Assembly: GCA_013387205.1 (NCBI GenBank)
Contig: WARV01000008.1
Coordinates: forward strand, 64,136 to 128,135
Direction of reading: 5' to 3'
DNA from: Patescibacteria group bacterium
GTDB taxonomy: Bacteria; Patescibacteriota; Doudnabacteria; UBA920
DNA: 64,000 nt
The notes beneath the pieces were generated by a model. The model worked only from the letters and a program-made list of their open reading frames with translations. It made no database searches and was not told the DNA's origin. Positions 19,778 through 29,231 of this stretch are shown here, piece after piece. Made by a program: the position numbers and the translations under genes. How positions within the stretch are numbered: position 1 is the first letter of the stretch; every line of letters starts with the position of its first letter.

Positions 19778-20815
19778 ATGCAAAATGCGGATCTCGCAAA
19801 AATTTTAATTTTGACTTCTTTCGGTTTCGTGTTCGCATTGGGCTGCACCCCTCTTTTAACCTCATTTTTATATAAATACAAGCTCGGAAAACAAATCAGG
19901 AATGACGGGACAACCCCATTATTTTCAAAATTGCATTTGTCTAAAGAAGGGACGCCGACCATGGGCGGAATTTTGGTGTGGGGAACTCCGGTTGCCTTGC
20001 TGGTTTTGTTCTGGATTTTGGGAAGCTGGTTTAAAATTGACGTGTTCAGCAAATTGAATTTTTTAAGCAGGAAAGAAACTCTTTTGCCTATGGGGGCGCT
20101 TATCGGCGCATCCTTGGTCGGCCTTTTGGATGACTGGCTGGACATAAAAAAAAGAGGGCATAATGGAAGAGGTTTAAGGTTCAGGTTCAAGCTGTTTTTG
20201 TATTTAGCGGTCGCCATGATAGGAGCGTGGTGGTTTTATTTTAAGCTTGGTTTTAGCGTAGTGTATGTTCCTTTTTTGGGAAATATTGATTTCGGCTGGT
20301 TTTACATTCCGTTTTTCATTTTAGCCGTGGTATCTACGAGTTTTGCCGTAAACGAAACAGATGGCTTGGACGGTTTGGCAGGCGGAATTTTAATGATAGC
20401 TTTCTTTTTGTATGGCCTAATAGCCATCTTGCAGGGCAAGATCGATTTGGCAAGCTTAATCGGGGTGGTGTGCGGAGCTTTGCTGGCATTTTTATGGTTT
20501 AACGTCCATCCTGCAAGGTTTTTCATGGGCGATACTGGTTCTATGGGGCTTGGCGTGCTATTGGCAATAGTCGCTTTTTTGACCAATTCGGTTTTTATTC
20601 TGGCATTCATAGGTTTTATTTTCATGGTTGAAGCTCTGTCCATTTTCCTTCAACTATTTTGGAAAAAAACATTTAAAAGAAAATTATTTTTATCTTCGCC
20701 AATTCACCATCATTTCCAGGCTTTGGGCTGGCCTGAAGCAAAAATCACCATGCGTTTTTGGATAATTTCCGCGGTCATGGGGATAATCGGAATTGTGATA
20801 TATTTCGTAGGATAA
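19778..20815 (+). CDS. mraY: Phospho-N-acetylmuramoyl-pentapeptide transferase
   Basis: TPTMGG, NETDGLDGL, FMGDTGS and PIHHHF motifs. Confidence 0.95.
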   Translation: MQNADLAKILILTSFGFVFALGCTPLLTSFLYKYKLGKQIRNDGTTPLFSKLHLSKEGTPTMGGILVWGTPVALLVLFWILGSWFKIDVFSKLNFLSRKETLLPMGALIGASLVGLLDDWLDIKKRGHNGRGLRFRFKLFLYLAVAMIGAWWFYFKLGFSVVYVPFLGNIDFGWFYIPFFILAVVSTSFAVNETDGLDGLAGGILMIAFFLYGLIAILQGKIDLASLIGVVCGALLAFLWFNVHPARFFMGDTGSMGLGVLLAIVAFLTNSVFILAFIGFIFMVEALSIFLQLFWKKTFKRKLFLSSPIHHHFQALGWPEAKITMRFWIISAVMGIIGIVIYFVG

Positions 20816-20823
20816 AACAAATT

Positions 20824-20938
20824 AAAAATTTAAATATCAAAATGTAAAATGACAGTGTAAAATCTAAAATTAAACAGGTATTATAACTTTACATTTTACT
20901 TTGTCATTTTTAATTTTGATTTTTACACTTTAAGTTTT
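20824..20938. repeat. Periodic-arm palindrome, family D (TCAAAATGTAAAATGAC...GTCATTTTTAATTTTGA)
   Basis: A-rich ~7-mer left arm and T-rich complementary right arm filling the junction. Confidence 0.75.
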
Positions 20939-20945
20939 GCCACAT

Positions 20946-22508
20946 ATGTATTCCTTACTTATCAAGAACGCTAAGGTTATCGACGGCATCAGCGACACGG
21001 CAAGAATTGCCGATGTTGCAATTCAAGGCGACCAGATAGTAAATATTGACGACAAAATCGATACTGGCGCGGAAAAAATAATTGATGCCACTGGGAAAAT
21101 TTTAGCACCTGGTTTTATTGATATTCAGAACCACAGCGACAGTTACTGGCAGATTTTTGACAACCCGAATTTAAGCAGCCTGATAACCCAAGGGTTCACG
21201 ACTGTCTTAATTGGCAACTGTGGGGCAAGCTTGGCGCCGCTTTTAAGCCATGACGCGCTAAATTCCATCCAAAAATGGCATAATTTGGAAGCCGTAAATA
21301 TAAACTGGCAATCGTTCAGCGAATATATTGAAACCCTGGCCAAACAAAAATTTGCCTGCAACATCGCAAGCCTTGTCGGCTACTCCACTTTAAGAAGAGG
21401 TGTTGTCGGCGACCAGATTAGGGGGCTGGAAAAGCAGGAAATGGAAGCTTTGAAGAAAGTCTTAATTGAAAGCTTGGAGTCCGGGGCTTTTGGGCTTTCC
21501 AGCGGGTTGTCTTACGCCCATGAAATAATTATTTCCGAGCTGGAACTTTTTGAACTGGCAAAAATTTTAAAGAAGAAAGATTCATTGTTTTCCGTGCATT
21601 TAAGGAGCGAAGGATCGGAAATCTTGGAAGCTTTGGATGAAGCGCTGGATATTGCGAGGAGTTCCGAGGTCAATTTAAAAATTTCCCATCTCAAAGTCAA
21701 ATACGAAAACAACTGGCCAAAGATGCAGGATGTTTTGGGGCATTTGGATACCGCATACCACAAAGGGATTAACGTGCATTTTGACTCTTATCCTTACGAT
21801 ACAGTCTGGCAGGTGCTTTATTCCTATTTGCCGAAATGGGCGATTGAAGGCGGGCGCGCCATGATGCTCAAGAACTTTGCCGATCCGGTCCAAAAAAACA
21901 AAATATTGACGCATTTGAATAATTCTTTTTCAAAATTCCCTTCAATGATGGTTGCCTCGACTGCAAATAGGCTTAATTTTATGGGCAAGACCATCGGGCA
22001 GATTGCAAAAAATTTGGAAACTTCCAGCGAACAGGCGGTTTTGCATCTTATCCAGAACGGGGGCAGCGAGGTTTTGGTTTTTGAACAGAATTTGAGCATG
22101 GACCAGGTTGGTGATTTAATTGTTCATCCTTTGGCTTTTGCGGCCACTGACGGCGCGGGATTTTCTGAGAATGTTTCGAATAAGTTAGTCCATCCGAGAT
22201 GCTTTGGCACAGCTCCAAAATTCATTAACCTCGCAGTCAAACGGGGCCTAAGCATGCAGCAAGCCATAAAAAAATTAACATCCGGACCGGCTAAAAAAAT
22301 CGGCTTGAAAAAAAGAGGCGAGATTAAAATCGGGAATTTTGCTGACTTGGTTTTGTTTGACCAAAATAATTTGGCCGACATGGCAACTTATGAAAATCCT
22401 TACCAGTTCAGCCGCGGCATCGAGTATGTGTTCGTAAACGGAAAGGCTGTGGTTGCAGAAGGAAAAATTACCAACACATTGCCAGGATATGCGTTAAGAA
22501 AGGTGTGA
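20946..22508 (+). CDS. N-acyl-D-amino acid deacylase-like amidohydrolase
   Basis: APGFIDIQNHSD, GNCG, HPRCFG and ADLVLFD motifs. Confidence 0.85.
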   Translation: MYSLLIKNAKVIDGISDTARIADVAIQGDQIVNIDDKIDTGAEKIIDATGKILAPGFIDIQNHSDSYWQIFDNPNLSSLITQGFTTVLIGNCGASLAPLLSHDALNSIQKWHNLEAVNINWQSFSEYIETLAKQKFACNIASLVGYSTLRRGVVGDQIRGLEKQEMEALKKVLIESLESGAFGLSSGLSYAHEIIISELELFELAKILKKKDSLFSVHLRSEGSEILEALDEALDIARSSEVNLKISHLKVKYENNWPKMQDVLGHLDTAYHKGINVHFDSYPYDTVWQVLYSYLPKWAIEGGRAMMLKNFADPVQKNKILTHLNNSFSKFPSMMVASTANRLNFMGKTIGQIAKNLETSSEQAVLHLIQNGGSEVLVFEQNLSMDQVGDLIVHPLAFAATDGAGFSENVSNKLVHPRCFGTAPKFINLAVKRGLSMQQAIKKLTSGPAKKIGLKKRGEIKIGNFADLVLFDQNNLADMATYENPYQFSRGIEYVFVNGKAVVAEGKITNTLPGYALRKV

Positions 22509-22652
22509 TAATATCAGTTAACTTTACTATGAGCATCCCGGCTTTTTGAGCCGGGATGCTTTTTGTTTATAAAACGCTGAGGATTTTGTTAATCACCAAA
22601 AATATGGTAAAATTAATTCAAGAATATTGATGCAATAGACACAGATAACCAG

Positions 22653-24053
22653 ATGAATTTAAAAGAATTGCAAGGAAAACTTGTTGCGGTTTTGGGGTTT
22701 GGCTTAGAAGGCCAGGCTATAACCAGGTATTTACTGAAACACGGCATAAAACCCGTGTTGTTTGATGAAAAGATATGGGATAAATGGGATAAGGACCGGC
22801 AGAGTTTGATAAAATCTCTGGATATCAATTTTATTTTTGGTCCTGATTGCTACAAAGAATTGGCCGGATTTGATATAATTTTCCGCAGTCCAGGCATCCC
22901 ATTGTCAAAGGTCAAAGGTCAAAGGTCAGATGTTGTGATTACTTCCCAGACCAAATGGTTTTTTGAGCATTGCCCCTGTAAAATAATAGGCGTGACCGGA
23001 ACAAAAGGGAAAGGGACAACATCGACTTTAATATCGGAAATATTAAAGTTGCAATTTCGAATTTCGAATTTCGAATTTCAAGTTTATTTAACTGGAAATA
23101 TCGGTAAGGAACAGCCTTTGGATTTTTTGGATAATTTAACAAAGGATGATTGGGTGGTTTACGAGCTTTCCAGTTTCCAGCTGCAGGACTTGGATAGGAG
23201 CCCACACATCGGTGTTGTATTAATGGTCACCCAGGAACATCTTGATTACCATAAAGACGTTGAAGAATATTGCCAGGCAAAAGAATCAATCGTTAAATTC
23301 CAATCCGTAGAAGATTATTCGGTTATAAACATGGATTACGAAAGTTCGGTTAAAATTGGCAATAACGGAGCCGGACAAAAGAGGTATTTCAGCGCCCGGG
23401 GCAAGTCCGGTGTAGATTGCTATGTTAAAGACGGGGCATTTTACTTGAAAAACAATGGCTCATCCCCGGATGAGCCATTCGTTGAAGCCAAAGATTTACA
23501 GCTTAGGGGTGAGCATAATTGGGAAAACGTCTGTGCTGCCGCTACTGCGGCTATTTCTGCCGGATGCAGCTTGGATACCGTAAAAACAGGGGCTTTAGCT
23601 TTTAAAGGCTTAGAACACCGCCTGGAATTTGTTGATGAGAAAAACGGCGTAAAATATTACAACGATTCATTTTCCACCACTCCGGAAACAGCTATTGCCG
23701 CAATCAAGTCTTTCAGCGAACCGGAGATTGTTATCTTAGGCGGTTCGTCCAAGAATTCTGATTTTACAGAGCTTGGCAAAACTATTGTCGAATCGAAAAA
23801 TATCAAATGTTTGGTGCTTATAGGCCTGGAATCCGGCAGGATTTTGGATGCAATAAATTCCAGCGGAAAAATAGAGGCGCAAATTTTGCAAGGCGCTGAA
23901 TCAATGCAAGAAATTTTTGGACAGATTGCTTCCGTAGCAAAAGCGGGAGATGTTGTTTTGTTAAGCCCGGCCTGCGCGTCTTTTGGGATGTTCAAGAATT
24001 ATAAAGATAGGGGAGAGCAGTTTAAATTTTTCGTTGAAAAATTTAAAAATTGA
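22653..24053 (+). CDS. murD: UDP-MurNAc-L-Ala:D-Glu ligase
   Basis: GVTGTKGKGTT, ELSSFQL, HLDYH, NDS and LLSPACASF motifs. Confidence 0.95.
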   Translation: MNLKELQGKLVAVLGFGLEGQAITRYLLKHGIKPVLFDEKIWDKWDKDRQSLIKSLDINFIFGPDCYKELAGFDIIFRSPGIPLSKVKGQRSDVVITSQTKWFFEHCPCKIIGVTGTKGKGTTSTLISEILKLQFRISNFEFQVYLTGNIGKEQPLDFLDNLTKDDWVVYELSSFQLQDLDRSPHIGVVLMVTQEHLDYHKDVEEYCQAKESIVKFQSVEDYSVINMDYESSVKIGNNGAGQKRYFSARGKSGVDCYVKDGAFYLKNNGSSPDEPFVEAKDLQLRGEHNWENVCAAATAAISAGCSLDTVKTGALAFKGLEHRLEFVDEKNGVKYYNDSFSTTPETAIAAIKSFSEPEIVILGGSSKNSDFTELGKTIVESKNIKCLVLIGLESGRILDAINSSGKIEAQILQGAESMQEIFGQIASVAKAGDVVLLSPACASFGMFKNYKDRGEQFKFFVEKFKN

Positions 24054-24166
24054 CCTAATTAACCTAATTGTTCCTAATTATTCTAAATAATGCATAAAGA
24101 TTTTTAAAAATTAGAGATTGGGATTTATTTAGGTTAATTAGAATAATTAGAGCAATTAGAATAATT
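24048..24166. repeat. Periodic-arm palindrome, family B
   Basis: 43-nt left and 42-nt right arms identical to those at 39307-39438. Confidence 0.9.
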
Positions 24167-24179
24167 TTAATTCTAATCA

Positions 24180-25289
24180 ATGTCTAAAAAAAACCAAATT
24201 AAAATTGACTATGCGCTTTTATTGATAGTAGGTGCTCTCTTGGCTTTCGGCTTGGCTGCTTTGTATTCCGCGTCGACTGTAGAATCGTACAAAAAATTCG
24301 GTAATACTACTTACTACATAACGCATCAGCTGGCCAATGGAGTGCTTATCGGGCTTGTCGGCATGTATATCTGTTATAAATTAGATTATCATTATTGGCA
24401 AAAATGGCTTCCTTGGATTATCGTAATTTCCCTTGCCCTTTTGGCAGCAGTTAAGCTTAGTTCATTCGGTTCTTCTGCGGGAGGTGCGGCCAGATGGCTA
24501 AATTTAGGCTTTGTGACTTTCCAACCTTCAGAAATTGCCAAGTTAGCTATTATATTTTACCTGGCTTCGTGGATAGATAAAAAACATAAAGATTTGAATG
24601 ATTTTGCATATGGCGTACTGCCGTCTTTGGTTATTATTGGCCTGTTTGCCGGCCTTATTATTTGGCAGCCGGATATGGGTACAATGCTGGTTCTAATTGC
24701 CGTGTCTGTTTCCATGCTTTTTGTCGCCGGTATTGATTGGCAATACTTTTTATGGACTATTTTGGCGGGAATTTTAGGGCTTCTCGCTTTGGTAAAATTT
24801 GAGCCATATAGGGCAAGAAGGATAACCTCTTTCATTAATCCGGCCATTGACCCGCAAGGGATCAGTTACCATATCAACCAGGCTCTTTTAGCGATTGGCG
24901 CCGGGCAATTGTGGGGCTACGGATACGGCTTGTCCAGGCAGAAATACAACTATCTTCCTGAAGTCATGGGCGATTCAATATTCGCGGTAATTGCAGAGGA
25001 ATTAGGATTCATTCGCGTGGTGCTGTTGCTGCTTTTGTTCGTAATTTTTGCCGTCAAAGGCTTTTCTATTGCGAAAAACGCTCCTGATGATTTTGGACGC
25101 CTAACTGCTTTCGGGATTACCATATGGATTACAGCACAAGCCTTGATTAATATTGGCGCGATGGTCAAGATTTTGCCGCTAACCGGCATTCCGCTGCCAT
25201 TTTTCAGTTATGGCAGCACCGCCTTGCTGTTAAATTTGTCGGCAGTAGGGATTTTATTAAATATTGCAAAACAATCACCAGCCAGATAA
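24180..25289 (+). CDS. ftsW: SEDS peptidoglycan polymerase FtsW
   Basis: FQPSEIAK, QPDMGT and TGIPLPFFSYG motifs. Confidence 0.9.
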   Translation: MSKKNQIKIDYALLLIVGALLAFGLAALYSASTVESYKKFGNTTYYITHQLANGVLIGLVGMYICYKLDYHYWQKWLPWIIVISLALLAAVKLSSFGSSAGGAARWLNLGFVTFQPSEIAKLAIIFYLASWIDKKHKDLNDFAYGVLPSLVIIGLFAGLIIWQPDMGTMLVLIAVSVSMLFVAGIDWQYFLWTILAGILGLLALVKFEPYRARRITSFINPAIDPQGISYHINQALLAIGAGQLWGYGYGLSRQKYNYLPEVMGDSIFAVIAEELGFIRVVLLLLLFVIFAVKGFSIAKNAPDDFGRLTAFGITIWITAQALINIGAMVKILPLTGIPLPFFSYGSTALLLNLSAVGILLNIAKQSPAR

Positions 25290-25294
25290 AAAAA

Positions 25295-27481
25295 ATGGGG
25301 AAAAACCAGAAAAAATTCAGGCTCCATATCCACCAAAACTTGTCGATTTCGGTAAGTGCTGAAAGCAAGCTGAAACCTGCGAGTGTTTTTAGCATGCGGA
25401 GTTTTTTTGTTTCAGCATTATTAAAAATTTTCAAATCGATTTACGAATTTTGTTATTTTATCGGGAACGCTATTATAAAGTTTTCGTCTTTGGCAATCAT
25501 TTTTTCTAAAAACGAAGTTTTTAGGACAAAACAATTTTTCTTGAAAAGAATTAAAATATTAGCTCAGCCCGAATATTTTAAAACATTAGCTGTCTTCACT
25601 TTTGTTTTGATAGTGAGCATCTTAGGACTGCAGTCTTTTAAAATTGTCGCCAAGGGGTTGGAAATAAAACAGAGCGTGCTTGGGATTACGGCAATCGGCA
25701 ATAAATACATGTTAGGCGCAAAAAAATCTCTGGAAAAGCAAAACATCGGTTCAGCTGAAGACAGTTTTATAAGAGCATATAATGCTTATAAAGACGGCCA
25801 GAAACAGCTTTCCGGCGCAGAAAATTCAATTAACTTAATACTTGGCCTTTTCCCGCAAAAAAAAGACGCGGAGAATCTCTTAAAGGCAGCTTCGCTGGTT
25901 TCCCAGAGCGGGGCAATGCTCACTTCGGCTTACCAGGATATCTCCAGCCTTAAATTTAACGCCACGGGAATATCTTCCGATCGCCCCGTTCCTGAAGTTT
26001 TTGAGTCTCTGGATAACTCATTGTCAATTGTAGGACAAAACCTGGAAACGGCAGGTTCGCTTTTAAAAACAATCAACCTTTCTTCAATTCCTAAAAATCA
26101 GCAGCCAAATTTTCTTGAATTGGAATCCGGCGTCAATGCTTTAAAATTGTCTTTAAGCAATACCAGGGACATGTTTTCAATAATAAAGAACTTATCCATG
26201 GGAAAACAGCGGATACTGATGCTTTTTGAAAACAACAACGAACTGCGGGCAACGGGCGGATTTATGGGCACGTTCGGCGACATCCAGGTGTCTAACGGGG
26301 TTATGGAAAAAATTAAAATCAGCAGCATTTATGATTTAGACGGGCAGCTTGAAGAAAAAATCATGCCGCCAAACCCGCTGCTGGCGGTGAATGGCCGGTG
26401 GTTTTTAAGGGATGCGAATTGGTTCTCTGATTTTTCATTTTCCGCAAAAAAAATAATTGGTTTTTATGAAAAAGAAGGCGGGGAGACGCCTGATACGGTT
26501 ATTGCAATGACTCCTTCTTTGATTGTCGATATGCTGAAAATTACCGGACCGGTAAATTTGCCCGCGCATGGGGTAAGCCTTGATTCTGATAATTTCATTG
26601 AACAAACCCAGATTGCGACATCCGCTGATGAATACAGGCAAAATACTCCAAAACAGGTTCTTGCTGACTTTGTCCCGGTTTTCTTGCAGAAAATCAGCAA
26701 CCTAAAACCGCAGGATTATCCTGCGGTACTGGAGGTTTTGCAAAAAAACCTGAACGGCAAGCAGATTCTTGCATACTCAAGGAATCCTTTGTTGCAAAAA
26801 AAGCTGGAAGAATACCATTGGGCAGGGCAAATTTTCGGCACGGACAGGGACTTCCTTTCAGTAGTCAGTAGCAACCTGGGCGGCACAAAAACCGATTTAT
26901 ATACTAACCAGCAGATAAATTTGAAAAGCACGATAGATAGCGAGGGGTATATTGTCAACGAACTGCAGATTACCAGGACCAATAGTTTGCCGAAACTGGA
27001 AGACACTAACAATAACAGTTTTATAAGGATTTATGTGCCTAAAGGATCGACTTTAATCAGTAATTTAGGGTTTGATTATAAAAATTTGGATAACGCGGCT
27101 GATAAGGCTTACAAAACTGACGCTGATGTCCATGAGTGGGAAAAAAACTCGGTTAAGGATTTGGTTTCCGGAATGCTCATTGGAACCGAGTCGGGCAAAA
27201 CATATTTCGGCAATTGGCTGAACGTGGAAGGCGGGGAAACCAAAACTGCAAAATTGTCTTACCGGCTGCCTTTTAAAATTAAAGATATTGACCATTATAG
27301 CTTATTAATCCAAAAGCAGGCTGGCGCTATTGACCAAAGCTTAAGTTACGAACTGGATTTTCCGGACAGGTCTATTGCATGGAAAAATTTCAGCGACGCG
27401 GAAATTAATCAGAATAAATTAAATACGGAAATTATTTTAAATAAAGACTACTTGTTGGGCCTGGTATTAAATTCAAAATAA
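25295..27481 (+). CDS. DUF4012 domain protein
   Basis: NNNELRATGGFMG and RDANWFSDF motifs. Confidence 0.8.
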   Translation: MGKNQKKFRLHIHQNLSISVSAESKLKPASVFSMRSFFVSALLKIFKSIYEFCYFIGNAIIKFSSLAIIFSKNEVFRTKQFFLKRIKILAQPEYFKTLAVFTFVLIVSILGLQSFKIVAKGLEIKQSVLGITAIGNKYMLGAKKSLEKQNIGSAEDSFIRAYNAYKDGQKQLSGAENSINLILGLFPQKKDAENLLKAASLVSQSGAMLTSAYQDISSLKFNATGISSDRPVPEVFESLDNSLSIVGQNLETAGSLLKTINLSSIPKNQQPNFLELESGVNALKLSLSNTRDMFSIIKNLSMGKQRILMLFENNNELRATGGFMGTFGDIQVSNGVMEKIKISSIYDLDGQLEEKIMPPNPLLAVNGRWFLRDANWFSDFSFSAKKIIGFYEKEGGETPDTVIAMTPSLIVDMLKITGPVNLPAHGVSLDSDNFIEQTQIATSADEYRQNTPKQVLADFVPVFLQKISNLKPQDYPAVLEVLQKNLNGKQILAYSRNPLLQKKLEEYHWAGQIFGTDRDFLSVVSSNLGGTKTDLYTNQQINLKSTIDSEGYIVNELQITRTNSLPKLEDTNNNSFIRIYVPKGSTLISNLGFDYKNLDNAADKAYKTDADVHEWEKNSVKDLVSGMLIGTESGKTYFGNWLNVEGGETKTAKLSYRLPFKIKDIDHYSLLIQKQAGAIDQSLSYELDFPDRSIAWKNFSDAEINQNKLNTEIILNKDYLLGLVLNSK

Positions 27482-27493
27482 CTCTTCAAAATA

Positions 27494-29101
27494 ATGCTAA
27501 ACAGGATTAAAAACATCGAAGCGAATTTTTCAATATCCAAAGCCGCGTTCATAATAGGCTTTTTTACGCTGCTGACAAAGTTTTTGGCTATTTACCGCGA
27601 GAGGCTGTTTGCATCGACCTTCGGGCAAAACCAAATTCTGGATTCTTATTTCGCGGCGTTCAGGATCCCTGATTTCGTGACAAACTTATTCATATTAAAC
27701 ACGCTTGCCGTTGCTTTTATTCCGGTTTATACGGAAATTTTAACCAAAGACAAAAAGAAGACCGATGAAATCGCGGCGTCCATCCTTAATTTGGTCCTTT
27801 TGGGGATTTCCGGCATTTGCCTTATTTTATTTTTGTTTTCGGGTTACTTAACACAAAAATTAGTCCCCGGTTTTAACCAGGAATATTACAGCTACACGTT
27901 GAATTTAACCAGGTTGTTTTTGCTCTCTCCGGTAATTTTTGCGGCATCCACAATCTTCGGCGGAATTTTGAACGCACAGAAAAAATTCCTTGTTGCGAGT
28001 ATTGCGCCGATATTTTACAATCTGGGAATTATCTTCGGGGTAATATTTTTATATCCTCGTTTTGGCGTAATGGGCTTGGGGTACGGGGTGGTACTGGGTG
28101 CAATTGTCCAGATGCTCATCCAATGGATCAGCACAAGCCAGATTGGATTTTCCATAAAGCCTATTTTAAACTTTAAGGATAATTACGTCGTCAGGATTTG
28201 GAAACTTTACGTACCAAGGATTTTTACGTTCGATTTGGCGAATGTCACGCTGCTGCTTGGTACAATGATCGGGTCAAAACTGATTGCAGGTTCCATATCC
28301 GCGTTAAACCAGGCTTACAATTTAGAATCAGTTCCCGTTAGTATTTTTGCCTACTCATTGGCCCTGGCTTCGTTTCCGGTACTTTCTGAATTTTTTGCGC
28401 TTAAAAATGACAGGGCTTTTACAAAATCAATATCCCAAACAATACAGCAAGTTCTATTTTTCATTATCCCAATATCGATTTTAATGCTATTGATGAGGGC
28501 GTATATTGTCAGGCTTATTTTAGGAGCCGGGAATTTCAACTGGGAAGATACCATTAGGACCTTTAACGTGCTGGGAATTTTCAGCTTTTCCCTGTTCAGT
28601 CAAAGCCTTACGACGGTCCTTTCCAGGGCTTTTTACGCCAGACAAAATACAAAAGTTCCGGTTTACATCAACTTGTTTGCCATTTTCTTAAATATTATTT
28701 TCTCCGTAATATTAGGATACAAGTATGGAGTAGCCGGGATTACGGCGGCATTTGTGATTTCCAGCATCGTAAGCGCGATTTTATTGTTTATTGTCCTAAG
28801 GCACCATTTGAAGGATTCGCTCGGCGAGGAAAATATTGAAACCTTAAAAGAGTTCGACCAAAACTTGTCCAGTTCCGTAACAAAGATAATTATTTCCAGT
28901 ATTGTTATGGGCTTGGTCAGCTATGCATCCATTTACTTTCTGGCGCCTTTTGTTGACACCAGGACTGTTGTCGGGATTTTAATCCAATCCGGCTTGGCCA
29001 GTATTTTCGGCGGTATCTGCTATATGCTTACAGGAAAGCTTTTAAAACTGACTGAGGCCAAATATATGCTGGATTTCTTTCGCAAATTACTGTATATTTA
29101 A
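27494..29101 (+). CDS. murJ: Lipid II flippase MurJ
   Basis: DSYFAAFRIPD, RAFYARQNTKVP; about 14 TM segments. Confidence 0.9.
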   Translation: MLNRIKNIEANFSISKAAFIIGFFTLLTKFLAIYRERLFASTFGQNQILDSYFAAFRIPDFVTNLFILNTLAVAFIPVYTEILTKDKKKTDEIAASILNLVLLGISGICLILFLFSGYLTQKLVPGFNQEYYSYTLNLTRLFLLSPVIFAASTIFGGILNAQKKFLVASIAPIFYNLGIIFGVIFLYPRFGVMGLGYGVVLGAIVQMLIQWISTSQIGFSIKPILNFKDNYVVRIWKLYVPRIFTFDLANVTLLLGTMIGSKLIAGSISALNQAYNLESVPVSIFAYSLALASFPVLSEFFALKNDRAFTKSISQTIQQVLFFIIPISILMLLMRAYIVRLILGAGNFNWEDTIRTFNVLGIFSFSLFSQSLTTVLSRAFYARQNTKVPVYINLFAIFLNIIFSVILGYKYGVAGITAAFVISSIVSAILLFIVLRHHLKDSLGEENIETLKEFDQNLSSSVTKIIISSIVMGLVSYASIYFLAPFVDTRTVVGILIQSGLASIFGGICYMLTGKLLKLTEAKYMLDFFRKLLYI

Positions 29102-29106
29102 TGAAT

Positions 29107-29200
29107 ATGGAATTAAACAATATCAGGAATTTTTGCATAGATTCTTCATTATTTTCTCTCCTAGCAGGAGAGATAGCCTGAAAGGCTAGAGAGGTTGAAC
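29107..29200 (+). repeat. Duplicated lepA 5' end followed by a DUF559-type palindromic arm
   Basis: 29107-29139 matches 29232-29264 at 29/33 nt; arm at 29154-29200. Confidence 0.8.
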
Positions 29201-29231
29201 CGTTGTTCATCGTAATAAACAGATAATATTT

